Counted from the whole stretch's first letter, positions 11,420 through 22,423 are shown. The stretch: DNA of 62,891 bases, filler included, from Globobulimina sp. (GCA_003354225.1; 14 parts of 14 records of this genome joined end to end with filler, not necessarily neighbours in it); one strand, 5' to 3'. Translations and numbers: made by a program. Notes: a model not told the origin generated them from the letters alone.

Positions 11420-12460
11420 AATGGAATTTAACTGATTTGGAACGGATTCAATTCGTATTTTATTATTAATATTATCATCGAGGTCGAGTTCATTATCATT
11501 TTTATTGTGGATATAATTAAGATTTTGATTAATAGCATTCGTTAAAATGTCACACAATTCTCAATTTTTATGGTTTGATTCAAAATAATTTCAGTCCATT
11601 CGATTCGGTGCGATTCGATTCCAATCGGATTTGGTTGTAAACATTTTTTTAGAATTAATTCCACGATGTCTGCGATTCCAGGCAAATTCTCAAGATATTT
11701 TGAGACATTCGGCTCGCGCTATTTATAAATTATAATATATGACACAGTCAAGATAGTAAGAGCAGCCATGATATGATGACTTTAACAGACTGACTATTTA
11801 AAAAACTTAGTGCATTTAAATGGTTTGGATTATAGAATTAAGGTTTGGATTATAAGCAAATATGGAACAAACCATTCGATCAATAAGCAAATAAAATTTG
11901 GAAAATTAATGTGAATTAGTTTGTTTTTATAGACATACACTGGAATAAATCGAACAGATAGATCTTCTTTCACTGATTGTGCGAATTCCACTATCTGTAT
12001 ATTTTATAATTTAAAAGTTAATAAAAATTTCGTTTTGTTTTGCAACACACGCTGAAATAAACCAAATAGCATCAAATGTCCCACAAAAAGTGTCCTTTAA
12101 ACTATATCCACAACATAGGCAGCGCTTGGCCGTAAATAATGCTGGACCTATTTTAGGAGTTGAACAATGGACGTATTGGATCCGACAGAAGGATCAACAA
12201 CGATGCTTCCTCTATAGCGGACACTTTCTGTGTTTATTTTACCCATTTTAAAACCAATATCCATTCCATGGCGACTGAAAGAGAAACATTTAAGAAGAAC
12301 TGAAAAGTTTTTGTTTTGGAAAGAACTGCAAAGGTCGAGCATGGAGTATTATAATCAATATTTTCAATGTATGCCGCCTCATAATCAAAATAACCAATCA
12401 CATGTCGTATGAAATGGGGCGGGGGACGGCACCAATTATAATAGTGACCTCCATTGTGGA
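11420..12460 (-). pseudogene. Heavily degraded protein kinase (TKL-like) remnant
   Basis: Fragments in shifting frames follow kinase order: PPHFIRHVIGY, LNVSLSVA/HGMD, RGSIVVD, PKIG, TFCGT, ILKKCLQPNP..RI, with stops, frameshifts and residual GT-AG introns. Confidence 0.35.
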
Positions 12461-12945
12461 ATTATTATATATTATTTTACATGTTTATTGTGTCGATCGA
12501 TTATGATGGAACAAAATGGGTAAATTCGCAATATAATAAAAAATAAGTGGAATTACATTGGGAATAGAATATTACATTAACAAAAAAAGGAATGAATATT
12601 TAATATTATATTAACAGAGAAAGACTTATTTTGTGTGTGGTACTTCAAATTATCTGATGTTTCTATTCCGAAACATGGTGAATAAAACAATTTGTATTTG
12701 TTGGAGCTTTTAACTTGGATGCATATCAAAACATTTTTGGGAAAAGTTTTATAAATATGACAGAAAAAGTCCATTAGGCATTTTTGCTTTATCGTAAAAA
12801 TCTGTTTTTAAACAGAAAATGTCTATTATTTCTGAAATAATAATCACATTTAAAAAAAAACAAAGAAAAAGTCATTTAGATTCTCAGGCAGTTCTGTAGT
12901 CGCTCTTGACATTCATAATGTCGTCAGACAAGCAGTCTAAATAGA

Positions 12946-13035
12946 CCCCCCTCCCCAACCCCAACCCCCAGCCACACCCACACCCACACCCTCACACCCT
13001 CACACCCCCGCACCTCCCACCCACCCCCGCACACC
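12946..13035. repeat. C-rich tract (G-rich on minus strand), telomere-like, G-quadruplex-prone
   Basis: ccccaaccccaacccc, cacacccacacccacaccc and ctcacaccctcacaccc runs inside AT-rich DNA. Confidence 0.85.
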
Positions 13036-13177
13036 ATATAATCTGGTGCGTACGTGGAACAAGTAAACTAGTGATAAAGTTTGAGTTTGTGTTTCAGTTT
13101 TCGTACAAAAAAAACAAAACAACTAAAAGACAAGACTTGAGTCTGACCGTGTTTGTTTGAACAATGTACATAGCAAA

Positions 13178-13417
13178 TCAAATCAGGTTAAGCCAAGCCA
13201 ATGTTGTGTATGAGATTATTGAGTTCCGTCCACTCCGTCGACTGCATGCTATGCAATATCCAAATATCAGACATAACGGATATAATTTAATTCTATTATA
13301 CATTTTTAACATTATCTCTTGTTTTATTGTTTTATTTATAATACCATATTTGGCGTAATATAATATTTTTATGTAGACAAAAATGCAGAATAATAAGATA
13401 ATTACTAAGTGGCCATA
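13178..13417 (-). CDS. Continuation of the CAR-like GPCR (TM5 end and TM6), ending without a clear TM7
   Basis: In frame with 9013-9680 through the terminal repeat: MLKM-YNRIKLYPLCLIFGYCIACSRRSGRNSIISYTTLAWLNLI*. Confidence 0.7.
   Translation of the reverse strand, partial: YGHLVIILLFCIFVYIKILYYAKYGIINKTIKQEIMLKMYNRIKLYPLCLIFGYCIACSRRSGRNSIISYTTLAWLNLI
13299..13417 (+). repeat. 119-bp terminal direct repeat, copy 2
   Basis: Identical to 9013-9131. Confidence 0.97.
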
Positions 13418-13517
13418 NNNNNNNNNNNNNNNNNNNNNNNNNNNNNNNNNNNNNNNNNNNNTTAATTAATTAANNNNNNNNNNNNNNNNNNNNNNNNNNN
13501 NNNNNNNNNNNNNNNNN
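13418..13517. other. Artificial contig spacer
   Basis: 44 N + TTAATTAATTAA + 44 N. Confidence 0.99.
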
Positions 13518-13633
13518 AAGCGTTTCTGTACATATTTTACGTTTGAAACTGATAATGTCGCATTTTTCTTATAGTTTTTTTTTGTATTTTACGGGAAAGC
13601 GCATATATTAAGATAGCTATTTTGCTTCTACAG

Positions 13634-15185
13634 ACTGATGAAGGTGGAGGGCGTGGATGCATATTTAAAGTATTTGGGCTTCGAAGAAGGCGAAAGAAAG
13701 AATAAATTGATCTGTCCCGACGACCAACCGCCTCGCAGTGTGATCAAAACCGCGCAAGAATGCTGCAAGGAATTCTTGACTGAATGGAAGAAAAAGCAGC
13801 ACCTTTTCGACTTATTATCGCAATCTGCCAAAGATTTAAAAACGGTGCGCAATGCCTATAGCTACACCAATGCAGCGGAAAGCAAACAAGAAGAAGAGCT
13901 AAAGGAGGAATTTGAAGACGAGGAGGAAGAGGCCGACGCGCAGTACACTTTGCGGCAGTTAGTGTGGAGCATCACGCACGAATCGTGCACTGCGGATGAG
14001 AAGACTACGGCGGATGTGCTGTTATTATGCCATTCCGTATTTGCAGAAAGCGCGCATTTGTTGGCGTGTTTGGTGGAAAGGTTCCATGGCAAGATACAAG
14101 TGAATGGGGATAAAAATAGTAGCAAAGATACTAAAACATTGATGGATAACCGCTGGAACATTCAAATCAAAGTCGGTTCCATGTTGAGTTCGTGGATGAA
14201 GACGTTCTGGGAACAAGACTTTGAAGCTAAGCCCGGTTTGATGGAGGATTTGGAATCGTTTTTCGAATCTATTGAGACTGAATTCAATCAGGACAAAAGG
14301 GTCCAGTTGTTATTGAAGAAAATGCGCGGGATTTATGACATGCAGTTTGATAAATATTCGACCAAATATGATACGAATCAGCGACAGACTACCATACAAC
14401 ATAAGGATATCGGGAAATTGATTGGGAAGCTTAAGCCCAAGAACTTTAATATTATTGACGAGAGAGCCAAAACTTTGGCGGAGCAGTTTACTTTAATGCA
14501 TTTTAAGGCGTTTAAGGCGATTACGAAGAGGGAGTGTTTGGGGCAGTCATGGAAGAAAAAGGATGGCTCTGCGCAGAATATATTAGATATGATTAAGTTA
14601 TTTAATTCCACGGCGAAATGGGTACAGATATTGATATTGACACAAGCGTCCACGTCGAAGCGAGCTAAAATAATCAAATTATGCATTATGATTGCGACGT
14701 TTATGAAGAATTTCAGGAATTTTAGTGGAGCGTGCGCCTTTCACTCGGCGTTAACCAGTACACCGATACATAGATTAAAGATTGCATGGAGCAAATTGTC
14801 GACAAATGATATTAAAAAATATAAGCAGTTACAGAAAATCTATGGTTTTGGCAATAATTGGAAGTTGTTACGTAAATTGCATCGGGAAGCTCATGCCCCG
14901 GCGATATTGCATACGGGATTGTTTTTGCAAGACTTGGTTGGCATTGACGAAGGACATAATAATAAATTAAAAAATGGTAAGGTAAATTTTAAAAAGTTAT
15001 TGAAATTGCATGAGAAAATTGATACAATTGCCATGTACCAACAAGAAGTGTATCAGTTTAAAGAGAATTTGTTGATACAATCGGTGATTGAGCAGGACTT
15101 TAAAGCGCAGGGAGACATCGATGATGATTTCTTATTCAAAATATCATGTTCTGTAAAAGCATCTGATGCAAAAAAAAAGAAATAA
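13634..15185 (+). CDS. RasGEF (REM + CDC25 domains), last exon of a 5'-partial gene, preceded by a PUB-like segment
   Basis: LAEQFTL, FNSTAKWVQILIL, FRNFSGACAFHSALTSTPIHRLK, GLFLQDL and GKVNFKK; splice acceptor ctacag at 13633; VEGVDAYLKYLGF resembles a PUB domain end. Confidence 0.9.
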
Positions 15186-15453
15186 GTTTTTGATTCATTC
15201 ATATCATCGATCAATTGTATAATGTGTTTGTGTATAACATTTTCAGTTTTTGTCTGTTGTAAGGTTTATTATTGACTCTTAATTAGTTTTAATTTTATTT
15301 CTTTGTTTTTGTTGCCTATATGACCTATATCTATATCTGATTTCAATTCATCCAATTCCATAATATGTTTTTTCTTTGTATGAAATTATTGAAAGACTGG
15401 GAATTTGATAAAAGAGCGCTTAAAGTAATCCTCCAAAAACTACTTTCAGTACA

Positions 15454-17314
15454 ATGGGCTTAATTGTAGTTTGTCCGAATAGCTGTGATGATTTCACAAA
15501 TGAAGACAGAAAGAGTACATTATTGCGACGGGGACAATCAGAATCGACATCACAATTAAACAAAGAAAAAAATGAATTTGACACAATCAACATAGAAAAA
15601 AGTGACTTTGAGCAAAATATACCAATGCGGGAACAAAATGAAAAACTAACGAATGTGTTAAACGATATTTTACAAAACATAAATCAACAAAACGAGTTAA
15701 TTAATAAACTACATTCAAGATTCAACTAAAAAGTTACAATAAACCAAAATATATATATACAGATTAAAACAGACAAGCATATCATCATTGCATTTGCAAA
15801 CAAGTACCGTCAATTATGATGAGAAAGTGACTGAAAATGCAGAACAAATTCAACCACAAAACGAAGAAGTTCTAGATGTTCAACATCGAAACACACAAAA
15901 AATCAATAAACAAACTCAAATTGAAACAAGTTCACAAATATCAGTCGATACTGTATTGAATTTGAATGATGATGAAACTGTAAAAGTACATATCAATAAC
16001 GATGAAGATGTACAGAGTCACTGTCAAACAAAACATTTGCGATTTTATACAGAAACAAACGACAATGATTTCAAAAAAGAGGATGAAAATGATGAATTAT
16101 GCACATTGCGACAATTAGTATGGTGTTTAACTGATGAATGGAGTACAACTGATGGCCAAATAAGCGTTGATGTGTTATTACTGTGTCATGCGGTATTTGC
16201 TAAAAGTAGTGATTTATTGGCATGCTTAGTGGAGCGGTTTAACAGTGCGGACATGGACGGAAATGAGAGATGGAACATACAGATCAAAGTAGGAGCCATA
16301 TTAAGTTCGTGGATGAAAACTTTGTGGGAAGATTTTGAGGCAAATCCAGATTTAATGGAGGATTTACAAGCGTTTTTTGCCTCAATTGAAACAAAGTTCA
16401 GTGGCGATAAAAGAGTACAAGTATTGTTGAAAAAAATGAAACAAATATATCTAACGTCGTATCATAGAGTTGACACAAATGAGCGACAAACTAAAATACA
16501 ACATAAAGATATCGGGAAATTGATCGGAAAACCCGCACATTTTAATATTGTCGACCAAGACGCAAAAACATTGGCGGAACAATTTACTTTAATGCATTTT
16601 AAGGCGTTTAAAGCGATAACAAAGAGGGAATGTTTAGGGCAGTCATGGAAAAAAAAAGATGGCTCTGCGCAGAATATATTAAATATGATAAAATTGTTTA
16701 ATTCCACTGTAAAATGGGTACAGATATTGATATTGACACAGCAAACACCGACACAGCGAGCACAAGTCATGAAACTATGCATTAAGATTGCGACATTTAT
16801 GAAAGAGTTTAGAAATTTTAGTGGAGCGTGCGCCTTTCATTCGGCTTTAACCAGTACACCGATACATAGATTAAAAATTGCATGGAACAAATTATCGACA
16901 GATAAAATGCAAAAATACAAAGAATTACAGAAAATATTTGGCTTTGGAAATAAAAATTGGAAGTTATTACGTAAATTACATCGGGAAGCTCATGCCCCGG
17001 CGATATTGCATACGGGACTATTTCTGTCAGATTTAGTGGGCATTGATGAAGGAAATATTAATAAATTAAAAGATGGTCAAGTGAATTTTAAAAAATTATT
17101 AAAATTACATCAAACAATTGGTACAATTTCTATGTACCAACAAGAAGAGTATCAATTTAAAGAGAATTTGTTAATACAATCGGTGATTGAACAAGACTTT
17201 AAAGGGCAGGAGGAAGTCGATGATGATTTGATGTTTAAAATGTCATCTTCTGTAAAAGCATCAGCTCAGGCTTCTGTACAAAAACGAAAACAAGGATTGT
17301 TTGAAGGACTTTGA
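15454..17314 (+). CDS. RasGEF paralogue (REM + CDC25); predicted intron 15696-15762
   Basis: CDC25 region nearly identical in protein to 13634-15185; a 67-nt GT-AG intron joins ORFs 15454 and 15788 in frame. Confidence 0.88.
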
Positions 17315-17567
17315 TTAATTTGAATCCCTCAAAACTTATCTTTATTAAAATTATAGTTTATTCTTATATTTGTTATCTTTATAGTTTTATTCTTATCTTT
17401 GATTAAGAGCATGAGGTCATTTTTTTGTATCCTCGCACTCAGTGCACCTCATTTATGTGAAGTAGTGTCAAAATTCAATCGGGACGTAAGTCCGGTGACC
17501 ACTGGCAGTGTATAAATTATTTAAAGTTTTATCTCATTTTTAATACAAAATAAAAGCATTTAAAACA

Positions 17568-17920
17568 ATGGCACTTTTTGTGCCAGAATCAGATGATACA
17601 TTCGGTTGGGTGTTTTTAATTATTGTTGGCTTATTTGTTGTTATTTTAATATTATTACACTGTTTAAACATACCATTATCATATGGTAAAGAAACAGACG
17701 AGGGATGCTCTGCTAAATTATCAATTTGTAGATCTCAATATAATTATCGTTCAGCATTCGTATTTATTTACAGTTTACCACTTTTCACATATGTAATTAC
17801 CAGTTTTATTGTAATTTTATCAAATAAAGAAATTCGAGATTCTGAACCTGAATTATCAACGAGCAATATATTATATTTTGTAGTATCATTATGTATGATT
17901 ATGATATATTTTAGTAAACG
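17568..17920 (+). CDS. Membrane protein, 3' truncated
   Basis: ATG after an A-rich leader; three hydrophobic segments; open to the contig end. Confidence 0.55.
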
Positions 17921-18020
17921 NNNNNNNNNNNNNNNNNNNNNNNNNNNNNNNNNNNNNNNNNNNNTTAATTAATTAANNNNNNNNNNNNNNNNNNNNNNNN
18001 NNNNNNNNNNNNNNNNNNNN
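17921..18020. other. Artificial contig spacer
   Basis: 44 N + TTAATTAATTAA + 44 N. Confidence 0.99.
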
Positions 18021-19901
18021 GTGGACCTGGACGAAGACACAGACCTTGAACACGAAGATGATGGCACCGGTTCTGACTCTGACTCTGATGATGCAATGGC
18101 AATGATTCCAGTCGATGGCTACATGAATGGCAATGGTATGAATGGACAACAATCCATCGAGCCGAGCCCCATTAAATCCGCCTCAAATACACAAGTTTTA
18201 TTAGGCTCGTCCATGGATAACAGCAACAATACACATATGAATAAGTCACTAATTGACCGAGATAATAATGGCATAAATGAGTTTGCATCGACATCGGAGG
18301 ATGATTTTATGCCGCAAATAGACGAAAATGAGCAGATAATGATAAACAACCATGGCACGCATATCAAGAACCAGCAGATAATGCGTATGATGGCTGCGGA
18401 TGAGGAATATGATGAATATGAGATGAATCATCAATTAATCCCAGGGTTTATACCAAATTCATTGCGTATGGACCATACCGGGGATAACACGCAAACCAAT
18501 ACCGATGCTTTGGGGAATACCATGTCGTACGAGCCAGAAATGGATGCGATGGACTTCTTAGATATCCCACAAGCCACCACCGGGGGTACCGGCACCTACA
18601 CAAATAACGAAGATGAAGGGATGGAGACGCCCAAATCCGATGGCCAGTTATATACAGAGTATAGGAATAGAACTCGACATCGGAAACGTGATCAGGTTCA
18701 AACCAGTGCGGGCAGTGCCGGCTGGAAAAGAAATCGCAACGGAAATGTAAAAAATATTCACTATGGGTACGATGTGGATGATAGGGATGATTCTTATGAA
18801 CAAAAAGTACAATATTCACCGTATAGTGATCACGGAGACAGCGATCCGGGATATTACTTCACTGCGAATCATAAGACGCGACAGGATCATATCACTCATA
18901 TTGGAGCGGCTGAGCATGCACAAAATGGTGGACATTACAATGTAATCAATGATATGGAGGCGCCGCCAAACACGCATAGAAGAAGCACCATTGAGCATGA
19001 TATTGATATTGATGCAACGCATTCTGATCCGGAAGCATATGGTATTTATCCCGGTCCATTGCGGCAAGATACTACACATAATACGCAGGTAAATCTAGCA
19101 AATATACAACATAGTAACAATACGAATGAACCTACCATCAATTCGACATCATCGGTGGGCATTTTTGATTGGAATACGCCGCCACCAAACAACGCCATTT
19201 CGCAGCAAATATCGTTACAGAATTTGAATTTGAATAAATGGATCAATATAAATGCAAATCAGGCCAATTGCAGCAGTGATGATACACAAAAACACGGCCT
19301 ATCCATATCTCGGAGGCATACTGTCAATGCGATGCACTTTAGAAAGAATAAGAAAAGTATAAAAAGAGTGCGATCTGCCAATAGCGAAGGGGACCATTTT
19401 TATAATCATCAAATAGCAATCACACCGTCGGTGGGCGTGGAGGAGGAGGAGGAGGCGCAAATTTATATAAATCGGAGTACATTATCTGATGATAAGAACA
19501 TGCCACAATTATATGGTACAGGTGCCGGAGCATCGGTTATTATGAAAGCAGCCAATGGCGAAAGTAATATTGATTCAGATCCGCCAAATATGAATGGGAA
19601 AAGAAATGGATTTTCGATATTTAAAAGAGAGAAACTGCGGCATACCATCGATGAGTATGGGCCAATCAAACAAACCCATTCGAGGCAGACCACTGCGACC
19701 TCGTTTACCGGCACTTTCACACAGCCTGATTATCCAAATATTATTACCACAGAGAATGATGATCAACATTTCAAAATATTACAAGCACAAAATTTAACCG
19801 TGGTTCCCTTTATAAAAACCGATCTAAATCCTCATCAAAAAGAAATTGTGCATATTTTCGAAGAGAAAATAACTAAAACAAATAATCATTTACAAAGTTA
19901 G
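18021..19901 (+). CDS. C-terminal low-complexity region of an unknown protein, 5' partial
   Basis: 626 open codons from the contig edge, D/N/H-rich, followed by a T-rich 3' region. Confidence 0.7.
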   Translation: MDLDEDTDLEHEDDGTGSDSDSDDAMAMIPVDGYMNGNGMNGQQSIEPSPIKSASNTQVLLGSSMDNSNNTHMNKSLIDRDNNGINEFASTSEDDFMPQIDENEQIMINNHGTHIKNQQIMRMMAADEEYDEYEMNHQLIPGFIPNSLRMDHTGDNTQTNTDALGNTMSYEPEMDAMDFLDIPQATTGGTGTYTNNEDEGMETPKSDGQLYTEYRNRTRHRKRDQVQTSAGSAGWKRNRNGNVKNIHYGYDVDDRDDSYEQKVQYSPYSDHGDSDPGYYFTANHKTRQDHITHIGAAEHAQNGGHYNVINDMEAPPNTHRRSTIEHDIDIDATHSDPEAYGIYPGPLRQDTTHNTQVNLANIQHSNNTNEPTINSTSSVGIFDWNTPPPNNAISQQISLQNLNLNKWININANQANCSSDDTQKHGLSISRRHTVNAMHFRKNKKSIKRVRSANSEGDHFYNHQIAITPSVGVEEEEEAQIYINRSTLSDDKNMPQLYGTGAGASVIMKAANGESNIDSDPPNMNGKRNGFSIFKREKLRHTIDEYGPIKQTHSRQTTATSFTGTFTQPDYPNIITTENDDQHFKILQAQNLTVVPFIKTDLNPHQKEIVHIFEEKITKTNNHLQS

Positions 19902-20181
19902 TTCATTTTTTTTAATGTCATTAATTTATTATTTGCTTAAATTGTTATTTTTTGTGTGTTCAATAATTTTTTTTCATTTATTTATTATTTCTTGTTTTTA
20001 TGTTGCCTGATTTTTATAATGTATGTTTACAGTTTTTCTGGCTTGTTTTGTTAAATTTAAACTTTTTTTTTTCACACTTAATCATACGATATTACCTTCT
20101 GATTTTCTCATTTCGCTAGTAATAATAATGAATCCTTGCAATTAAACAATTTAAATACAAAAGCAAGCACATTTAATAATT

Positions 20182-21393
20182 TTAATTTAATTTTTCCTGT
20201 TTTCTATTATTATTATTATTTAATAATTGTCGATCAAAATGCATTGATTGTGATAATGTTTGTTGATATACAGTGAATATTTGCTTTGCCCATATATTGA
20301 GATTCTTCTTGACTTTAGAAAACGGTCCAAACTTTAATTGATTTTTGGAACAAACTGTTTTCATCATTTGTAGTCCGAATCCTTTCGATGACCCATTTTG
20401 TTGCTTTAATATATTCAGCAAATGATTCCCATCATATTTTATATCATTAAAATAAGCTCTTAAATATTCAATAAACTCCCATGTCTTTGGATGTGTTGTA
20501 TATTTTGGTCGATTTTGTGCAATTACATATGAAATGAATGATATAATCAAATCACGCCCAGACCAGTTCTGTACAGGTTTCACTCTCAATGACTCATATT
20601 CTTTTCGATAAATTGTTAACATATTCTTAACCGCCGCATGTAAATTTGCTTCAGATATTGCTTTTGATAAATGATACTTACTCAGCAAGTCTCTAATCAG
20701 TTTTGTGTGGGAAGATTTTGTAGCAATGCCATTTTGTTGAAGAGTCTGACATTGTTGGCCAATACTCAATGATTCCCATCCTTTGATTGATAGTGCGTAC
20801 TGACAATTAAATGTTGCAAATAATATTCCAAATGGTGTTGCTTTCGATGGATGCTGCAGTTTATTGAATTGAATATAATAAAATGCAAAGCAGAGTTGAA
20901 TAATATTGGAATGAATGGTAATCACAAATCCTTGCGTTTTCTCTATTTTTCGAATAAATCCATATAAAATGCAATTACTAAGCAGAGCTTCTGTTGAATT
21001 GGGGTATGAGCTGAAACTAATCCGTGGTTCTAAAACACCATTTTGCTGCTTTGGTGGCTGCAGCTGTGGTTGATGCCGTTTTTCATGCGGATTAACCTGT
21101 CTTTTTTTATTGTGCACGTTGTCAATTAATTGTCGCTGTTCACGAATTAACCACTCATTTACAAAAGATGCACTACAGAAATTAATCCAGTTTTGCTTAC
21201 TAACAAATATGTTGTCAGTTGATATTCCGTTAAACATGTTGACAATTTCACTGCCAAATAAAACAGTTCTCCATTGATTGAGGTCAACTGGTTCAGTAAA
21301 CCATTCATCAAATATTTTAGCAAACAACTTCTGACTTTGCTCATCGGCCTCATCCATGTCTTGGAATATGTTGATGGCCTCCATCACATTCAC
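20182..21393 (-). CDS. Uncharacterised protein of a tandem family with a SAM-like module
   Basis: 403-aa ORF; PVQNWSGRDL...YDGNHLL...LKFGPFSK resembles SAM; IIQLCFAFY module shared with the neighbour. Confidence 0.65.
   Translation of the reverse strand: MNVMEAINIFQDMDEADEQSQKLFAKIFDEWFTEPVDLNQWRTVLFGSEIVNMFNGISTDNIFVSKQNWINFCSASFVNEWLIREQRQLIDNVHNKKRQVNPHEKRHQPQLQPPKQQNGVLEPRISFSSYPNSTEALLSNCILYGFIRKIEKTQGFVITIHSNIIQLCFAFYYIQFNKLQHPSKATPFGILFATFNCQYALSIKGWESLSIGQQCQTLQQNGIATKSSHTKLIRDLLSKYHLSKAISEANLHAAVKNMLTIYRKEYESLRVKPVQNWSGRDLIISFISYVIAQNRPKYTTHPKTWEFIEYLRAYFNDIKYDGNHLLNILKQQNGSSKGFGLQMMKTVCSKNQLKFGPFSKVKKNLNIWAKQIFTVYQQTLSQSMHFDRQLLNNNNNRKQEKLN
20226..20436. repeat. ~210-bp near-identical duplication of 22213-22423
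   Basis: Direct alignment at an offset of 1987 bp, substitutions only. Confidence 0.92.
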
Positions 21394-21442
21394 TACATGC
21401 TATATATAAATTATATATGTACAATATCTACATAATACATTT

Positions 21443-22423
21443 CTAAACTGGTTGTGCTCTCAACTGCGATGACCAACAGTTAAAAAGTTTTTTGAATCTA
21501 CAGTGTGGTCCCATTTTCTGATTATTTGCTCGACAAATAAGTTTCACCATTTGTAGCCCGTGCACAGTTCTGATGGCTGACGGGAATATTGTTGCTTCCT
21601 TCACACGGCGGCAAAATGTATTTCCATCATATTGCCACTCATCTGCATATCTTCGAAAATATTCCATAGTCCTAAAAACTGCTTTTCGTTTGCTTGTATT
21701 TCTTGCATCATCACTGATGAGTGGCCATACTGAATTGAAGAAATGACTAATCGTATAATGAATAACTGATAAAACAATATCATGTGCGGACCATTCATTT
21801 ATTGGTTTTGATAGCAATAACGACTGCTGACCACCATAATAATTTGCAATTACATTTATAAACTCTTTACGTAAACGATGATTCTTTTGAAAATGTTCAG
21901 GCAATAATACCATTATCTCATCAGTTAGTTGTTGACGTTTGGAAGGAATATCAATTTTGTCATCCTGTAAATATGCGAGTTGCTTCACAATATCCACTGA
22001 CTCCCATATTTCATCCGTTAGCGCAAAATGACTGTTAAACATTGCAAATAATATTGAAAATGGCGTTGCTTTGGCTGGATCTGGCAATTTCACAAAAGGG
22101 CTATAATAAAATGCGAAACATAAATCCATAACGCCATAAGGTATAGAATACATAAATGTGTTTTTTCTTTCTATGAGGCGAATAAATGCAAAAACAACCT
22201 GTTTAAAAAATGATTGTCGATTAAAATGCATTGATGGTGATAATGTCTGTTGATATACAGTGAATATTTGCATTGCCCATAAATTGAGATTCTTCTTGAC
22301 TTTAGAAAACGGTCCAGACTTTAATTGATTTCTGGAACAAATTTTTTTGATCATTTGTAGTCCGAATCCTTTCGATGACCCATTTTGTTGCTTTAATATA
22401 TTCAGCAAATGATTCCCATCATA
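21443..22423 (-). CDS. Paralogue of 20182-21393, 5' partial
   Basis: Shares KATPF.ILFA.FN, W.YDGN and GLQM.K..C..N..K.GP modules. Confidence 0.65.
   Translation of the reverse strand, partial: YDGNHLLNILKQQNGSSKGFGLQMIKKICSRNQLKSGPFSKVKKNLNLWAMQIFTVYQQTLSPSMHFNRQSFFKQVVFAFIRLIERKNTFMYSIPYGVMDLCFAFYYSPFVKLPDPAKATPFSILFAMFNSHFALTDEIWESVDIVKQLAYLQDDKIDIPSKRQQLTDEIMVLLPEHFQKNHRLRKEFINVIANYYGGQQSLLLSKPINEWSAHDIVLSVIHYTISHFFNSVWPLISDDARNTSKRKAVFRTMEYFRRYADEWQYDGNTFCRRVKEATIFPSAIRTVHGLQMVKLICRANNQKMGPHCRFKKLFNCWSSQLRAQPV

Noticed and set aside
9013-13417. Plasmid or small circular DNA virus
   Set aside because: No Rep, capsid or polymerase ORF; content is intron-bearing host genes.
17417-17430. 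Sm-binding site of an snRNA or spliced-leader RNA
   Set aside because: A(T)nG strings are common in this T-rich intergenic DNA and no snRNA hallmark is present.
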